Made by a program: the position numbers and the translations under genes | Assembly: GCA_951406725.2 (NCBI GenBank) | Contig: OX597832.1 | Span: forward strand, 68,386,001 to 68,450,000 | Direction: 5' to 3' | DNA length: 64,000 nucleotides | Source: Octopus vulgaris | Taxonomy: Eukaryota | In this document: positions 24,831 to 37,345 of the stretch, in pieces | How the letters are laid out: each line of letters opens with the position of its first letter | Numbering within the stretch: the first letter of the stretch is position 1 | The notes under the pieces: generated by a model | Told to the model about the DNA's origin: nothing | Seen by the model: only the letters and a program-made list of their open reading frames with translations | The model's database searches: none

Positions 24831-25143
24831 CGCTACTACTACTACTACTACGACTATCAGTATTGTAGTCTTGATTATTTTTTTAATATAATTCTCACTA
24901 CTCTGGTTGACAATTGTAATTAAATCCAAGAAAGACAGATATTTCATTAAAAACCTATAATAATGTGAGCATACATATTAATCTTCTTAACGCACTTTGA
25001 GAAACAGTTCCATTTTTCTTTTTAATGATGTATCATATTTAAAGCAAATTATTTAAGCGAAAAAGTGTATCTTTTGTATGCTCTTTCCAGTCTTTTTTTT
25101 TTTGTGTTATTGTATAAGTGTATCATGCGCACACACACACATG

Positions 25144-25174
<31 letters not shown>

Positions 25175-25958
25175 ATACACAAACACATATTTTACACTAG
25201 TATTATTGTTTATGCAAAACTAGACTGGCCATTAAGAAATTAAACTTATTCTGAAAGTGAGTAAAAAACATGAATACACTCTCACATGTATATGTGTGTG
25301 TATGTATATGTGTGTGTGTGCATGTGTGTGTGTACAAATCAAAATTAAAAGCAAAAAAGAGGAAAAGCAACAAAAGTCAAAAGGACGTACACAATGAATA
25401 TATCAGATTGATGCTCAGAGAAAGTTTGAGGCAGGAAAAAGAAGGCCTATGATGTTACAAGCATGGCTCTTTTTGCCAGAAAGAGGAAAGAGGAAAAAGC
25501 CCAATGAGAAAGGAAAGAATTGCCCAAGAAAAGCACGTAACACACACACACACACACATGGATAGGGTATTGTTGTGTTATGAGTAAATGGGAGTGGATA
25601 AAAGACTTCACTTCTGTTGGACATGTGATTGGTTTGGATTAGTTTCACTAGTTTTCATATTCCACTACTTTTGATATTTGCTACCTGATGCTCAACCACA
25701 ACACAGGCAACTTTGGTCCCAGTTCCAGAGGTAGGATTACCTGAATGCCCAACTGTGTCTGCTCAATGGTGAAACTAAATGACAACCTATCGATATGATT
25801 CCAAGTCACACATTTCATCCATCTGGGGTACCATCATATATTCTGTCAGTGAATAATGGCACTTAAATCACTGCTGTGGAAGCTGAAAGAACTGAGAACC
25901 TTCATTACTGAACATAGACTGTTACAAATCATTTCATTCCATTAAAACTGACTCCATT

Positions 25959-25989
<31 letters not shown>

Positions 25990-26114
25990 TTATTATTATT
26001 ATTATTATTATCATCATTATTATTATTATCATTACTATTATTATTATTATCATTACTATTATTGTTATTATCATTACTACTACTACTATTATTATTATTA
26101 TTATTATTAAAAGA

Positions 26115-26760
26115 CTGAGAATGAGTGCCTGGCACCTAGAATATCATTGGGTTCTCACAGACCTCTACCAGTCAGGCAATGAGATCAGTGGTTGTTCCAC
26201 TTTAGAAATTTATAGAGGTTTAGTGGTGGGGAAGTGTGAAAATGTTCTCAGGGAGGCACCGACAAAAACAAACTGGCTAGTCTGTTCCAGAGGACTTCTG
26301 GGAACTATCATGGATAATTTCCAGATGTCATTGGCCAGGCAGTGCTACCAGGGGGTGATACTTGCTTGAGATAAACTCTATAGGCATGGATGTACTGTCA
26401 GACAGATTTGTCTGAGGTGTGTGCAGAATGACAAAACACTTGTTCAGTGTCCAGGCATTGCTGACTTGTGGGGTAAGGTTGAACATCTGCTGTCACATAT
26501 AGGACATATCCACTTGTTGGCCAAGTCTGTAGTTTATGATTGCCCTGCCACCCTCCTTCAATCAGTCAGGCAAGGCAGTTTTACTTTGCCTGGTGGCTGT
26601 GGTGCAAGAGGTTGTTTGGTGGACAAGGCTGAAAGGCATGAGGACAGATCCATTCCTCTTTGTACCAAAGCTCTCATTGATGTCTTCAAGTTTCACTTGA
26701 GAAGGAAACTGAGGGTGGAACCAGAAGTGCTGTCCTCGAGTGAGTTTACTAAATAAATGC
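26115..26760 (+). mobile_element. L1/Tx1-like LINE C-terminal zinc-finger region, decayed
   Basis: MDNFQMSLARQCYQGVILA*DKLYRHGC..ICLRCVQNDKT-LVQCPGIADLW..VEHLLS, a zf-RVT-like CxxC..C..W pattern, later FKFHLRRKLRVE. Confidence 0.7.
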
Positions 26761-26809
26761 TCCCAATGTATCATTTATTATAGGCATGACCTTTGCTGTT
26801 GGCATGCCT

Positions 26810-27375
26810 CAAATTCTACCTATTTCAAATTTTGTTTTGAGCACCTTCCAAATTCTCTTTTTGTATTCTTTAGTGACTTTCTCTCTCATTTCCCTCTCCA
26901 CTATTTCATCGTCTTACAGCACTTCTAGTTATTTGTATCCCTCATTATTCCATAGCAATCGAATGATATTGTCTTGTGGTAATTTTATGCCATCAAACTT
27001 TATTCGGCCTCTATTCTTTGTGTCTTCTGTACAATTATCTACCTCAAACTGCATTCTAATTTCCTTACTGCATATCTTCACTGTTTAGATTAGGGGAATC
27101 CAGGTCTGTCTAATTTTTTGGTAAACATCTTGAGGTCATCCATATAAAGTAGGTGATTTATTCTTATCTTAGTTTCGGTAAACTTATAGGCAGGCCTGGA
27201 TTTTCTCAGTATATTTGTCAAAGAGATTAGCACAATGACGAAGAGTAATGGAGAATTTGAGTCTCTGTGGAAAATGCCTCTGTGCATTGTCACGTTACTT
27301 AGCAATTCATTTGCATGTGTCATTTCTACTTGTCATTCTCTCATTGCTTTCTCCAAAAGATGTTTATCTCCAAAA
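26810..27375 (-). mobile_element. R4/Dong-type reverse transcriptase fragment, decayed
   Basis: RGIFHRDSNSPLLFVI (degenerate GIFQGDSLSP), INHLLYMDDLKMF, then EIRMQFEVDNC..EGYK*LEVL..KEYKKRIWKVLKTK. Confidence 0.88.
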
Positions 27376-27484
27376 AAACTTGTTTAACTAACTCTGTTGT
27401 TGTTGTTGATGTTGCAGCTGCTGCTGCTGCTTCTGTTTTTGTTGTTGTTGCAGCTACTGCTGCTGTTTCTGTTGTTGTTGTTGT

Positions 27485-28600
27485 TAAGGCAGAAAGCAGA
27501 AAGACCCATTAACACATAAGGCAAAATGTTTGCAGCATTCCTTCCAGGCCTTTCTTCAAATTCTGCCAAAGTCAGTTTTGCCTATCATGCCTTCGGTTTC
27601 GATGAGTAAGAGTCAAGTGCTGGGATGGAGGAAACTGACCAGTACCATTCCACCAAAAATTATCGGTCTTGTGCCTACAGTGGAAAGGATTATTGTTATG
27701 GAAGTTGGCAGAATCATTAGCACACTCAACAGAATACTTGGTGGCATTTCCTCTGTCCCTGTGTTTTGAGTTCAAATTCTACTAATGTCAACTTTGGCTT
27801 TTGGTAGTCAGTGAAATAGTCAAGCATTGGAGTTGATGTAATCAACTAGTCCCCTCCCCTAAACTTGCAGACTTTGAGCTGACAGCAGAAAGCATTATCA
27901 TTGTCATTATTATTATTATTATTATTATTATTAGTAGTAGTAGTAGTAGTAGTAGTAGTATGAAGACAGCAATCATTAGCATGCCTGGGAAAATGCTTAG
28001 CAGTATTTCATCTGTGTTTACATTCTGTGTTCATATTCCACCAAGGATGACTTTGTTTTCATCTTTTCGGGAATAATACGTTAAGTACCAGTTACACACT
28101 GGGGTAGATGTAATCGACCAATCCGCCCCCAACATTTCAGGCCTCGTGCCTTAAGTAGGAAGGATTATCATCACCATTATTATCATTATTATTATTATTA
28201 TTGTTATTATTATTATGTAGGAGAAATGGGATTAGAAGAATTTATAAGAACTTCGGACAAAATGCCTTACCATATACTATTTATAGTGTCACTTAATTTC
28301 TGAGTACAGTTTGCTCTTCTGCTAACTGAGGTCAATAAAATAATGGAGTACTAGCAAAGTACTGGGACGAATGGAAGCAATCAACCCTGCCCCCACCCTC
28401 CAAATTTTCTTTAAGTTCTGTAACAAAGGTCAGAAAAATTCATTACTGTATTAAAGTCGGTGTATTTGTGGAATGCTTAGAATCACAGACAAGATGTCTT
28501 ACTGTATGTGATGGATCTCATTAGTTCGAATCTCACATTAATTTGATTTTCATCTCTTCAAGGTTGCAACCATGAGGTACCAGTCAAGCATTAGGGGACC
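27485..28600 (+). mobile_element. Head-to-tail array of about five SINE family B copies
   Basis: Units start near 27485, 27700, 27960, 28230 and 28460 and are separated by attatt-type tails. Confidence 0.78.
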
Positions 28601-29479
28601 AATACTGTTTCATATCTTAGAAATTTGGGGTTTCAAACTATAGTTCATTATTGAAGGTTTTAATTCTTTGCATGAGGCTTAATCCATCACTGAAGCTCTG
28701 AAAATTGTTTCAATTTTTACTTCGATTGGTGCTTTCCCCTCCCCTTGTGCTACTAGGACCCTAAAACAATCACAAAATAGAAATTTTAGTACATCAATTG
28801 AGAGGCCCTGCAATTTTAAACTCTATAGCAGACATACACTACAAAAAAATAACAGATGTCTACCAAGAATGTCAAATAATTAAATAAGTCTGCAAATAAT
28901 AAAAAGAAAACCACAGAAAAGAATTAAGCAAAAATGATTAACAAGACAGACATATTTTCTATATATGTAATGCAAAAGATGGCATTTAAAATGTTCCAGT
29001 CCATTAACAGCAGTTTTCAGAAACAATTCCTGGAGTCATTTCCATATTTAGAACATACAGATATAGAACATACCGAAGGAAGAACAACATAGGAAACGGT
29101 TTTCTGCCAAATTAAACAGAAATAATTGCTATATACATTAAAACATAATCAATAGGACGTGTTTATGATTTTAAGAAATTGACAAAATAATTAGTGAATA
29201 TTATTAATATAAGTTGTATGTTAAATAGACAAAGGTTGGAGTAGGGGAGAAACAACAGACTACATTTCAATTTCTTTTGTTAATCAAAGAATGTTGTTGT
29301 ATATAAAATGTATTATGTATATATATATATATACATACATATATGCATACACACACACACATGCACGTACAGTATTGAATACACATACACAAGGTATGTG
29401 TTTTGCTAGTTTGTGGGTAGGCTTCACTTGTAGGCATAAGAGAATATATTCCTAGCAATGTGCCTGGTGCTAAAACAGC

Positions 29480-29978
29480 TGGAAGTCATAAACAAGTGAG
29501 ATCATATCTGAATTTTTTTCTATGATAGGAAACGTTGGGACATACCAGCAGATGGCTCTTACACCACTTTGCACATATAGTCATAGACAGCAATTTAGCT
29601 CAATCGGGACTCGTTCAGGTGTGCAGTGTTGAAAAGTCACAATAAGAATGAAACATTGAAACATCAATGTCCATCACTCCTGAATGGGTCCTGGTACAAG
29701 TTTTCTCCTTTGTCAATGATTTGCAGGCACATTGATGGGAGTAAAGGCTTGGCCAAAAGTTTGCCAACAGTAAATCAAAATTCTATAAATACCATCTGTA
29801 ATTCTGTATATACTCGAATGGGAAAATGTTTCACTCAAGAAGGTCTCAGTTCAAAAAATGTTCATCATGTTCCATATTTAGATGCTTTTATTAAATTCAT
29901 TCAGTTGTTAAACATAGATAATTCATGGAATTAAATGGCTTTTTATTTACTGTCAGGTGACTTTTGGCCAACCCTGTA
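29480..29978 (+). mobile_element. Tc1/mariner-type remnant (3' part and right TIR)
   Basis: Terminus ..ttttggccaaccctg|ta has the same CAGGGT end type as 62192. Upstream are INTICNSVYTRMGKCFTQEG (transposase C-terminus-like) and a frameshifted YQQDG..HFAHIV-like motif at about 29543-29582. Confidence 0.5.
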
Positions 29979-30095
29979 TGTTCTCTTCTGCCTATCAGTG
30001 AAACCCACCCATGATCTAGAAAATACATACATTGTGTATGTGTGATCAACGTTGCTTATGTCACTTGAGCGGCTTCTAATCCATATTTGAATATG

Positions 30096-30113
30096 CACCA
30101 CCACCACCACCAC

Positions 30114-30190
<77 letters not shown>

Positions 30191-30220
30191 CCACCACCAC
30201 CATCACCATTATCATCCTCA
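30096..30220. repeat. (CAC)n(CAT)n microsatellite
   Basis: Visible directly. Confidence 0.95.
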
Positions 30221-30869
30221 TTTATTGTCCATGTTCTAATGTCTAACAGGATCCAGTGGGTTGAAGGACTATATTATGATCCACTGTCAACTTTAGACTC
30301 ACTTCTATGACTGGATGCCCTTTCTAACCCAATCACTCTACAGCATCCACTGGGTGCTATTTGTCATGTGAACAGCATTAGTGACGTTGCCATGCAGCTT
30401 CCATGCATTATAAATTCCAAAAGGGGCAGCTTTGTACAAGGAGATGATGGTTTGAAATATGAAAGAAGGGGCCTGAGTAAAACAAGTTTCTTGTTGTAAA
30501 GGAACAAGATGATATTTCAGAAGAAAGATTTTGGGGTTAATGAGGTAGAGCTGGAAAGAAATAAAAATAGAAGCAATGAGGTGTCTGGGTGGCCCTTCAT
30601 GATATGAGGTGAGTAAAAGGGGACTGTGAGTCACATGGCAATTTAAATAGTGCTGATGGTATGGAAAAGTGGCCAATACACATTGTAAAGTAGTTGCTGT
30701 TAGAAATGGCTTCCAGCTGTGGAAAGAAGATATGAGAGTACGGTGCAGTCCCTGGCACAGTGGGTCCTTCTCAAACAATCTAACCTATGCCAGCATAGGA
30801 CATGGAAGTTTAAGGATGATGATGATGTTGAGGATGATGTTATATATGTATACACACACACACACAAAC

Positions 30870-30918
<49 letters not shown>

Positions 30919-30955
30919 CATATATACACATATATATATATATATATACATATAT

Positions 30956-30999
<44 letters not shown>

Positions 31000-31029
31000 G
31001 TATATATATGTATATATATATGTATATAA

Positions 31030-31060
<31 letters not shown>

Positions 31061-31483
31061 CTCTTTTACTCTTTTACTCTTTTACTTGTTTCAGTCATTT
31101 GACTGCGGCCATGCTGGAGCACCGCCTTTTTAGTCGAGGAAATCGACCCCGGAACTTATTCTTTGTAAGCCCAGTACTTATTCTATCGGTCTCTTTTGCC
31201 GAACCGCTAAGTGACAGGGATGTAAACACACCAGCATCGGTTGTCAAGCAATGCTAGGGGGGCAAACACAGACACACAAACACACACACACATACACATA
31301 CATATATATATATACATATACGACAGGCTTCTTTCAGTTTCTGTCTACCAAATCCACTCACAAGGCATTGGTCGGCCCGGGGCTATAGCAGAAGACACTT
31401 GCCCAAGATGCCACGCAGTGGGACTGAACCCGGAACCATGTGGTTGGTTAGCAAGCTACTTACCACACAGCCACTCCTGCGCC
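31061..31483 (-). mobile_element. SINE family A, full length, well preserved
   Basis: Reverse complement starts ggcgcaggagtggctgtgtggtaagtagcttgc and is nearly collinear with 56569-56980. Confidence 0.93.
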
Positions 31484-32219
31484 TATATATATGTATGTAT
31501 GTATATGTAGCTGCTCCAATGCTAGGTTCATCTTTTATTAGGGAAGCATCTGTGAGTGCTCCCTTAACATTTCAGCTGCCAAAGTCTAAAAGAAACAAGT
31601 TTCCTACAGAGCATGTAACCTTAACATCAAGAATATTTACATAACATTTGTGGAATATTAAATCAACTCCTACAGCTGATATGTGATTTATGTAATCATT
31701 TGAAAAAGACATTGTGGTTGTGGGTGAGATGTGAACTGGCAATGCAGGGAGGCAAAATGTAATTGAATACTGCAGGCAATGTTTCTGATGCTTTTCATAC
31801 AACCATTCTACAAATCCTATCTGCTGGTGTTGGTGGTGCAGGTGGAATTTTTTCCCAGTTGCTTCTGTTACTGCCGATGATAGTGATGATGAGGATAATG
31901 ATGATGATGATGAGGAGGAGCAGAGGGAGGAGAAGGAGGAGGAGATATATGCTAGTAGTGATGATGTTTCAAGCTGATGATAACAATGACCATAGTTATG
32001 ATGGTGGTGGTGGTGGTGGTGGTTGTGATGGGGGAAAGATCATAAAGTTGTTGATGAATAATTACGATCATATTTCATCAGTCAGCATCAGTCAAAACAT
32101 GATTGTCACAAAAGATTTATGGCTCCAACATTTTGCGACAAAACAGACAAATAAATGAATTAATAAACAAATAGAAATAAACACACACCCACATACACTC
32201 ACACAAAAATAAACACATA

Positions 32220-32264
<45 letters not shown>

Positions 32265-32572
32265 GTGTTCCATAATTGTTAAAAATGTTGGAATAAAATT
32301 TTGGTTTGGTTCGAGAAGTGAAGTGAAACTTTTGATATCAAATAAAAGCAAACTAGATTTACAATTCTCTGCTCAATATATTTATAATGTTTTAAGTTAT
32401 GGAAAGCAGGCTCTTTTGAAATCCAGTGCCATCAATCACGTCAGTTTGAAAGATACCTGATTGTCTGAGCGGTATGGTTGAGACAGTTGTCAAAAGGTGA
32501 GGGGAACGTTACACACGCTCACCAACACCATACATTCCAGGGTAAAGGTGGGACGGGGGGGACACGTGTGTG

Positions 32573-32608
<36 letters not shown>

Positions 32609-32811
32609 ATATACTTATATATGTGTGTGTGTGTGTGTATGTATGTAGGTGTGTGTTGCAATTATACAAATACACAGATCAAACAAAGGTATACAAATAG
32701 ATGGGAAATGATGTTGCAGACATCAAGAACAAATTATAATACGTTAATAACCACTGCAGATTGAAAGTAAACAACATTCATGTACTTACATAAACACACA
32801 CGCATGCACAT

Positions 32812-32885
32812 AAATATATATATATCTATGTATGTATGTATGTATGTATGTATGTATATATATTTATGTATATATATATATATGT

Positions 32886-32926
<41 letters not shown>

Positions 32927-32940
32927 TATGTATATATATG

Positions 32941-32977
<37 letters not shown>

Positions 32978-32978
32978 G

Positions 32979-33013
<35 letters not shown>

Positions 33014-33036
33014 GTATATATGTATGTATATATATG

Positions 33037-33071
<35 letters not shown>

Positions 33072-33348
33072 GTATATATATGTATCTATATATATGTATA
33101 TATATATGTATGTATATATATGTATATATATGTATATATATATGTATATATATGTATATATATATATGTATATATATGTATATATATATATGTATATATA
33201 TGTATATATATGTATATATATGTATATATATATATGTATATATATGTATATATATGTATATATATATGTATGTATATATATATGTATGTATATATATGTA
33301 TATATATGTATATATATATGTATATATATGTATATATATGTATGTATA

Positions 33349-33405
<57 letters not shown>

Positions 33406-33445
33406 ATATATGTATTTATATATGTGTGTGTATGTGTGTGTGTGT
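32812..33445. repeat. About 630-bp compound (TA)n/(TATG)n low-complexity array
   Basis: Visible directly; source of the long Y/I/M/C/V ORFs. Confidence 0.95.
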
Positions 33446-33569
33446 ATTATAGATGCTGGCCAATTTGCAGAGAATCGATGAATAAATTAAAGCTACATAA
33501 TTTCTTCAGCATTTTGCAATTTCCTCCATTATATGATCAGAATATATACACTGAGGCATATATATCTTT

Positions 33570-33942
33570 TAACTTTTTTATTTTTCACTTGCTTCAGTCA
33601 CTGGACTGTGGCAATGCTGGGGTATTGCTTTTAGTTGAACAAAGTGACCCAAGTACACGTTCTTAAGCCAGGTACTTATTTCATCAATCTCTTTTGCTAA
33701 ACTGCGAAGTTAAAGGGATGTAAACAAGCTAACACTAGTTGTCAAGGGGGAAAAACCAGACACAATGATAAATGAACATACATAAGCATGTATATGCAAT
33801 AGGCTTCCTCACAGTTTTCATCCCTCAAATTCAGGTATAAGACGCTGGTCATTGAAGTGTTATAGCAGTAGATTTATCCAAGGTACCACACTGTGAGACT
33901 AAAACTAAAACCATGTCGTTTCAAAGTGAGCCATGTCTCAGC

Positions 33943-33945
<3 letters not shown>
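33570..33945 (-). mobile_element. SINE family A, old degraded copy
   Basis: ttcagtcactggactgtggcaatgctgg..aaggtaccacactgtgagactaaaac..ccatgtctcagcc. Confidence 0.7.
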
Positions 33946-33990
<45 letters not shown>

Positions 33991-33992
33991 GA

Positions 33993-34046
<54 letters not shown>

Positions 34047-34143
34047 AGTTATGCTTTTACTTTTCTTTCATACTGTTAAATAGTATTGATTATTTCTAAA
34101 TGTATAGTTTAATTATAATTCTTCTTTTATTGTATGTTATTCA

Positions 34144-34250
34144 GACCTGAAGAGTGGCTATGTCTTGATGGATCAAATTAATATTAATATTTGAGATTAT
34201 CGATTATGATATTGTCGATTTAAATATATTGTCATGAAATGCGCATTGTC
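34144..34250 (+). ncRNA. Type I hammerhead ribozyme with long stem II insertion, partly CpG-decayed
   Basis: GAC-CUGAAGA-GUGGC-(72 nt)-GUCAU-GAAA-U-GCGC-A-UU-GUC: stem I GAC/GUC, palindromic stem III, AUU triplet. It lies in an AT-rich cassette (about 34042-34460) next to (TA)n. Confidence 0.6.
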
Positions 34251-34466
34251 GATTTAATGTGTATTATTTAGTATAGTAATTTTTAGTACAATATCAATAA
34301 TACATTTAAACTTACATTTTATTACTTTATTACTTAATTACTTTGATGGAGGTTCTGTCTCTTAATTTTATATATATAAATATATGTATAACATATCATG
34401 AAATTTGATTTAGTATTAGTAAATTGAGTTTGTTTTCTCCTGTTGCCTTGAAATATTATATTCCCT

Positions 34467-34620
34467 ATGGCTGTGTGGTAAGAGGCTTGCTTCTCAGCGG
34501 CATGTTTCTGTGTTCAGTCCTACTGTGTGGCACTTTGGGCAAATCTCTTCTTCCATAGCCTGGAACTGACTGAAGCCTTATGAGCGGATTTGGTAGACAG
34601 AAACTGAAAGAAACCTGTCG

Positions 34621-34670
<50 letters not shown>

Positions 34671-34910
34671 TGTGTATTTGTTTGTGTGTCTTTGTGTCTG
34701 TGTTTGTGGATCTCTGCCCCATTACTGCTTGTCAACAGGTGTTGGTGTGCTTATGTCCCCGTAACTTAGTGGTTCAGAAGAACAAACTGATAGGATAAGC
34801 ACCAGGCTTAAAAAATAAGTACCGAGGTTGATTAATATGACTAAAAATTCAAGGTGCTGCACCAGCATGGCTGCAGTCTAATGACTGAAACAAGTAAAAG
34901 ATGAAAGATA
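34467..34910 (+). mobile_element. SINE family A
   Basis: tggctgtgtggtaag..gttcagtcc..ttgggcaaat..(TA)(TG)n..cagcatggctgcagtctaatgactgaaacaagtaaaag. Confidence 0.88.
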
Positions 34911-35920
34911 AGAGACATCTATATATATGTGTGCATGCACACAGAGACATGCACACACTAGCAATTGGTGGTCATATATGTCTTCTGTTACAAGACATCT
35001 GTGTTTGATTCTCTCTCACACTTTAGTTACTCCAAACCTGGCTCATAACCACTTCTCTACTATAAACCTGCTCAGTTGTGAGAGCCTCTTCAGTGTCTTT
35101 TGGTTGTTTGGCAATCTCACTGGTTTCTGAGTCATGAAAAAAAGCTTCCAGAGTTCTCTGTAAAGTAGTGTTAGGAAAGGCAATCAACCATAGAAACCCT
35201 GTCAAAGCAGAAGTTGGAATTTGATGCCATCCTCTTGCTCGTGAGATCTTGTCAAACAATTCAATCCATACCAGAAAAAAGATGAACATTGAATGATGAG
35301 GATGACGATACATACTTTGCTTGTATTAAGGGTCAGTGATGTGGTTACAAATGTTGCTTCTTAATCACAAGTTTTTGGGTTCTGTTCCACTGTGTGACTC
35401 CCTAGGCAAGTGTCTTCTACTACAGCATCATGCTGGCCATAGCCTTGTAAGTCGATTCGGCAGCTGGAAACTGAAAGAAGCCCATTATATGCATGTGCAT
35501 GTGTGTGGGTTTATGCTTGAGTGTGTGTTTGTGTGCTTGAGTCTCTTTGTCAGGATAATGAGTGATAGCTATTAGGGAGCATCACTGGTACACAAGCAGT
35601 GTCACTCTCTTCCAGTCTGACATGGAAGCGTTTTCAACCAAAAGGTGAATCTTGGCAACAAGAAAGCCATCCAGCCATAGAAAATCTGCTTCAATGAATT
35701 CTGTCTGACCCATGCAAACATGGAATAATGGACATTGAAGACAACAACAACAACGATATTGACGATCATTGTTGTCGTCGTCATCATCATCATCATCATA
35801 GTCATGTTGATAAAGGTCAGTTCATCAAGTTGGCAGATGAAGCGTAGTTCATAAACTTTCATATCAGAGCTGGATAAATTAATTTAGCCTGCTTTAGTAA
35901 TGAACTGAATTGTTACATAC

Positions 35921-36048
35921 CTTTCCAGAGGTTGACCGTTCTGGGAGTTGATGATTTTGTTTGATTGCCCTGGAAGACACGAAAACGGGTGGCCACATGG
36001 TTTTGCCTTTATGGCTTATTGATTAGCATTGATTGTTGTTATTTACAG
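35921..36048 (-). other. Candidate exon with two possible acceptors (36048 or 35969)
   Basis: Acceptors ttttctgtttgtag| and ttttcgtgtcttccag|, donor AAG|gtatgt. aaaaccATG at 35998 would give MWPPVFVSSRAIKQNHQLPERSTSGK. Confidence 0.33.
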
Positions 36049-36924
36049 CTACAAACAGAAAATCATGAAGCTGCCTACTTTTGGCCTTCAAGGGGTATTG
36101 TAATCAAATTCAGTCCCACCCACTAAGGCATGTTTATGGCTTCAAAGCTTTAAAAGAATAATGCAGACTTCTATACAATTACTCAGTTGGATAACATGGC
36201 AACAAACTACTCATTGTCTTATCAAATTCCTTCAGGAAAATCTCTGTCATTTTCTGAATGGCAGCTGCAAGAATTAGTCAAGGAAGATTGTTCATTGAAA
36301 TAGTTGAATCTCTTTTCAACAAACATCTTCCAAAGAGCACATTTTTTTAAAGACTAATACTCTATGTTAACTAAAGTTGTAAATATTAGGCACAGTCTAT
36401 CTAATAAAGAAGTGAGGATGAATGACCTCAATGAAAATAGTCAAATACTGCCATCCAAAACCAATAGTCAAGCAGGACACCTTAGTTCTCGCAACTGTTC
36501 GAGATGTGAGTACAGGGCTGATAAAGATGTGTTCAGGGACAAAATTCACATTGATTAACCAGCAACAAACAACTATATTTACTACTTATGATTGACCTGG
36601 GTGCCTTTACATTGTAGCTTGATTTGTAAGAAATAGCAGGCAAATGTCCTTCAAGTCACATTATACAGATTTAACAAAAATGCGAACACTGGAAAACATA
36701 AGCAAAGAAAAAATTTGATCAGATTTCATCCAGAGCTCATCACCAACACCACCATCACCACCACTTCCAACAACAAATATATAGACGCATCACAACTGTG
36801 AAAGCTTTAAATTATATATTTGCTAAAACAGAGCAAACTCTAAATTCCATCTGCTTTACTTGCTGATAAAATAAACTGCAGTCATTGACTTCTTTGTGGC
36901 TTTACCTCTCTTTTGTTTTCTCAG

Positions 36925-37013
36925 AAGAAAAAACCAGGGCATGTAGACAGAGAAACTACTCTAGGGAGCCTTACTCTCTGGCTGGCTTTGCAAAGACCAA
37001 TTCGAATGACAGG
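36925..37013 (+). other. Candidate 89-nt exon
   Basis: Strong acceptor cctctcttttgttttctcag| and donor AGG|gtaagt; two frames open; no recognisable product. Confidence 0.3.
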
Positions 37014-37138
37014 GTAAGTTTTGTGTGGAATAAGAAGGAATGGAAGTCAACAATCACTGGTGGCTGAAGGAATGGCACATGAAGAGGAAAACAGCAAAAC
37101 TTTCAGTTGTCATCACTCATTATCATAATCAGACACAT

Positions 37139-37184
<46 letters not shown>

Positions 37185-37214
<30 letters not shown>

Positions 37215-37345
37215 TTAACGTCCGTTTTCCATGCTAGCATGGGTTGGACGGTTTGACCGGGTAAGCCATAGAGGCTGCACCAGGCTCTAGTCTGATCTGG
37301 CAGTGGTTCTACAGCTGGATGCTCTTCCTAACGCCAACCACTCTG
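37185..37345 (-). mobile_element. Retroposon 3'-tail fragment with (GAT)n tail (motif ggttggcgttaggaagggcatcc..ccgtccaacccatgctagcatggaaaacggacgttaaatgatgat)
   Basis: Same module recurs in either orientation at about 590-630, 9660-9810, 30220-30350, 30695-30830, 35165-35310, 35640-35800, 39865-40017, 54180-54325 and 62015-62180. Confidence 0.8.

Noticed and set aside
32780-33666. Long ORFs of 206-276 aa
   Set aside because: Translations of (TA)n/(TATG)n arrays that lack stops by composition.
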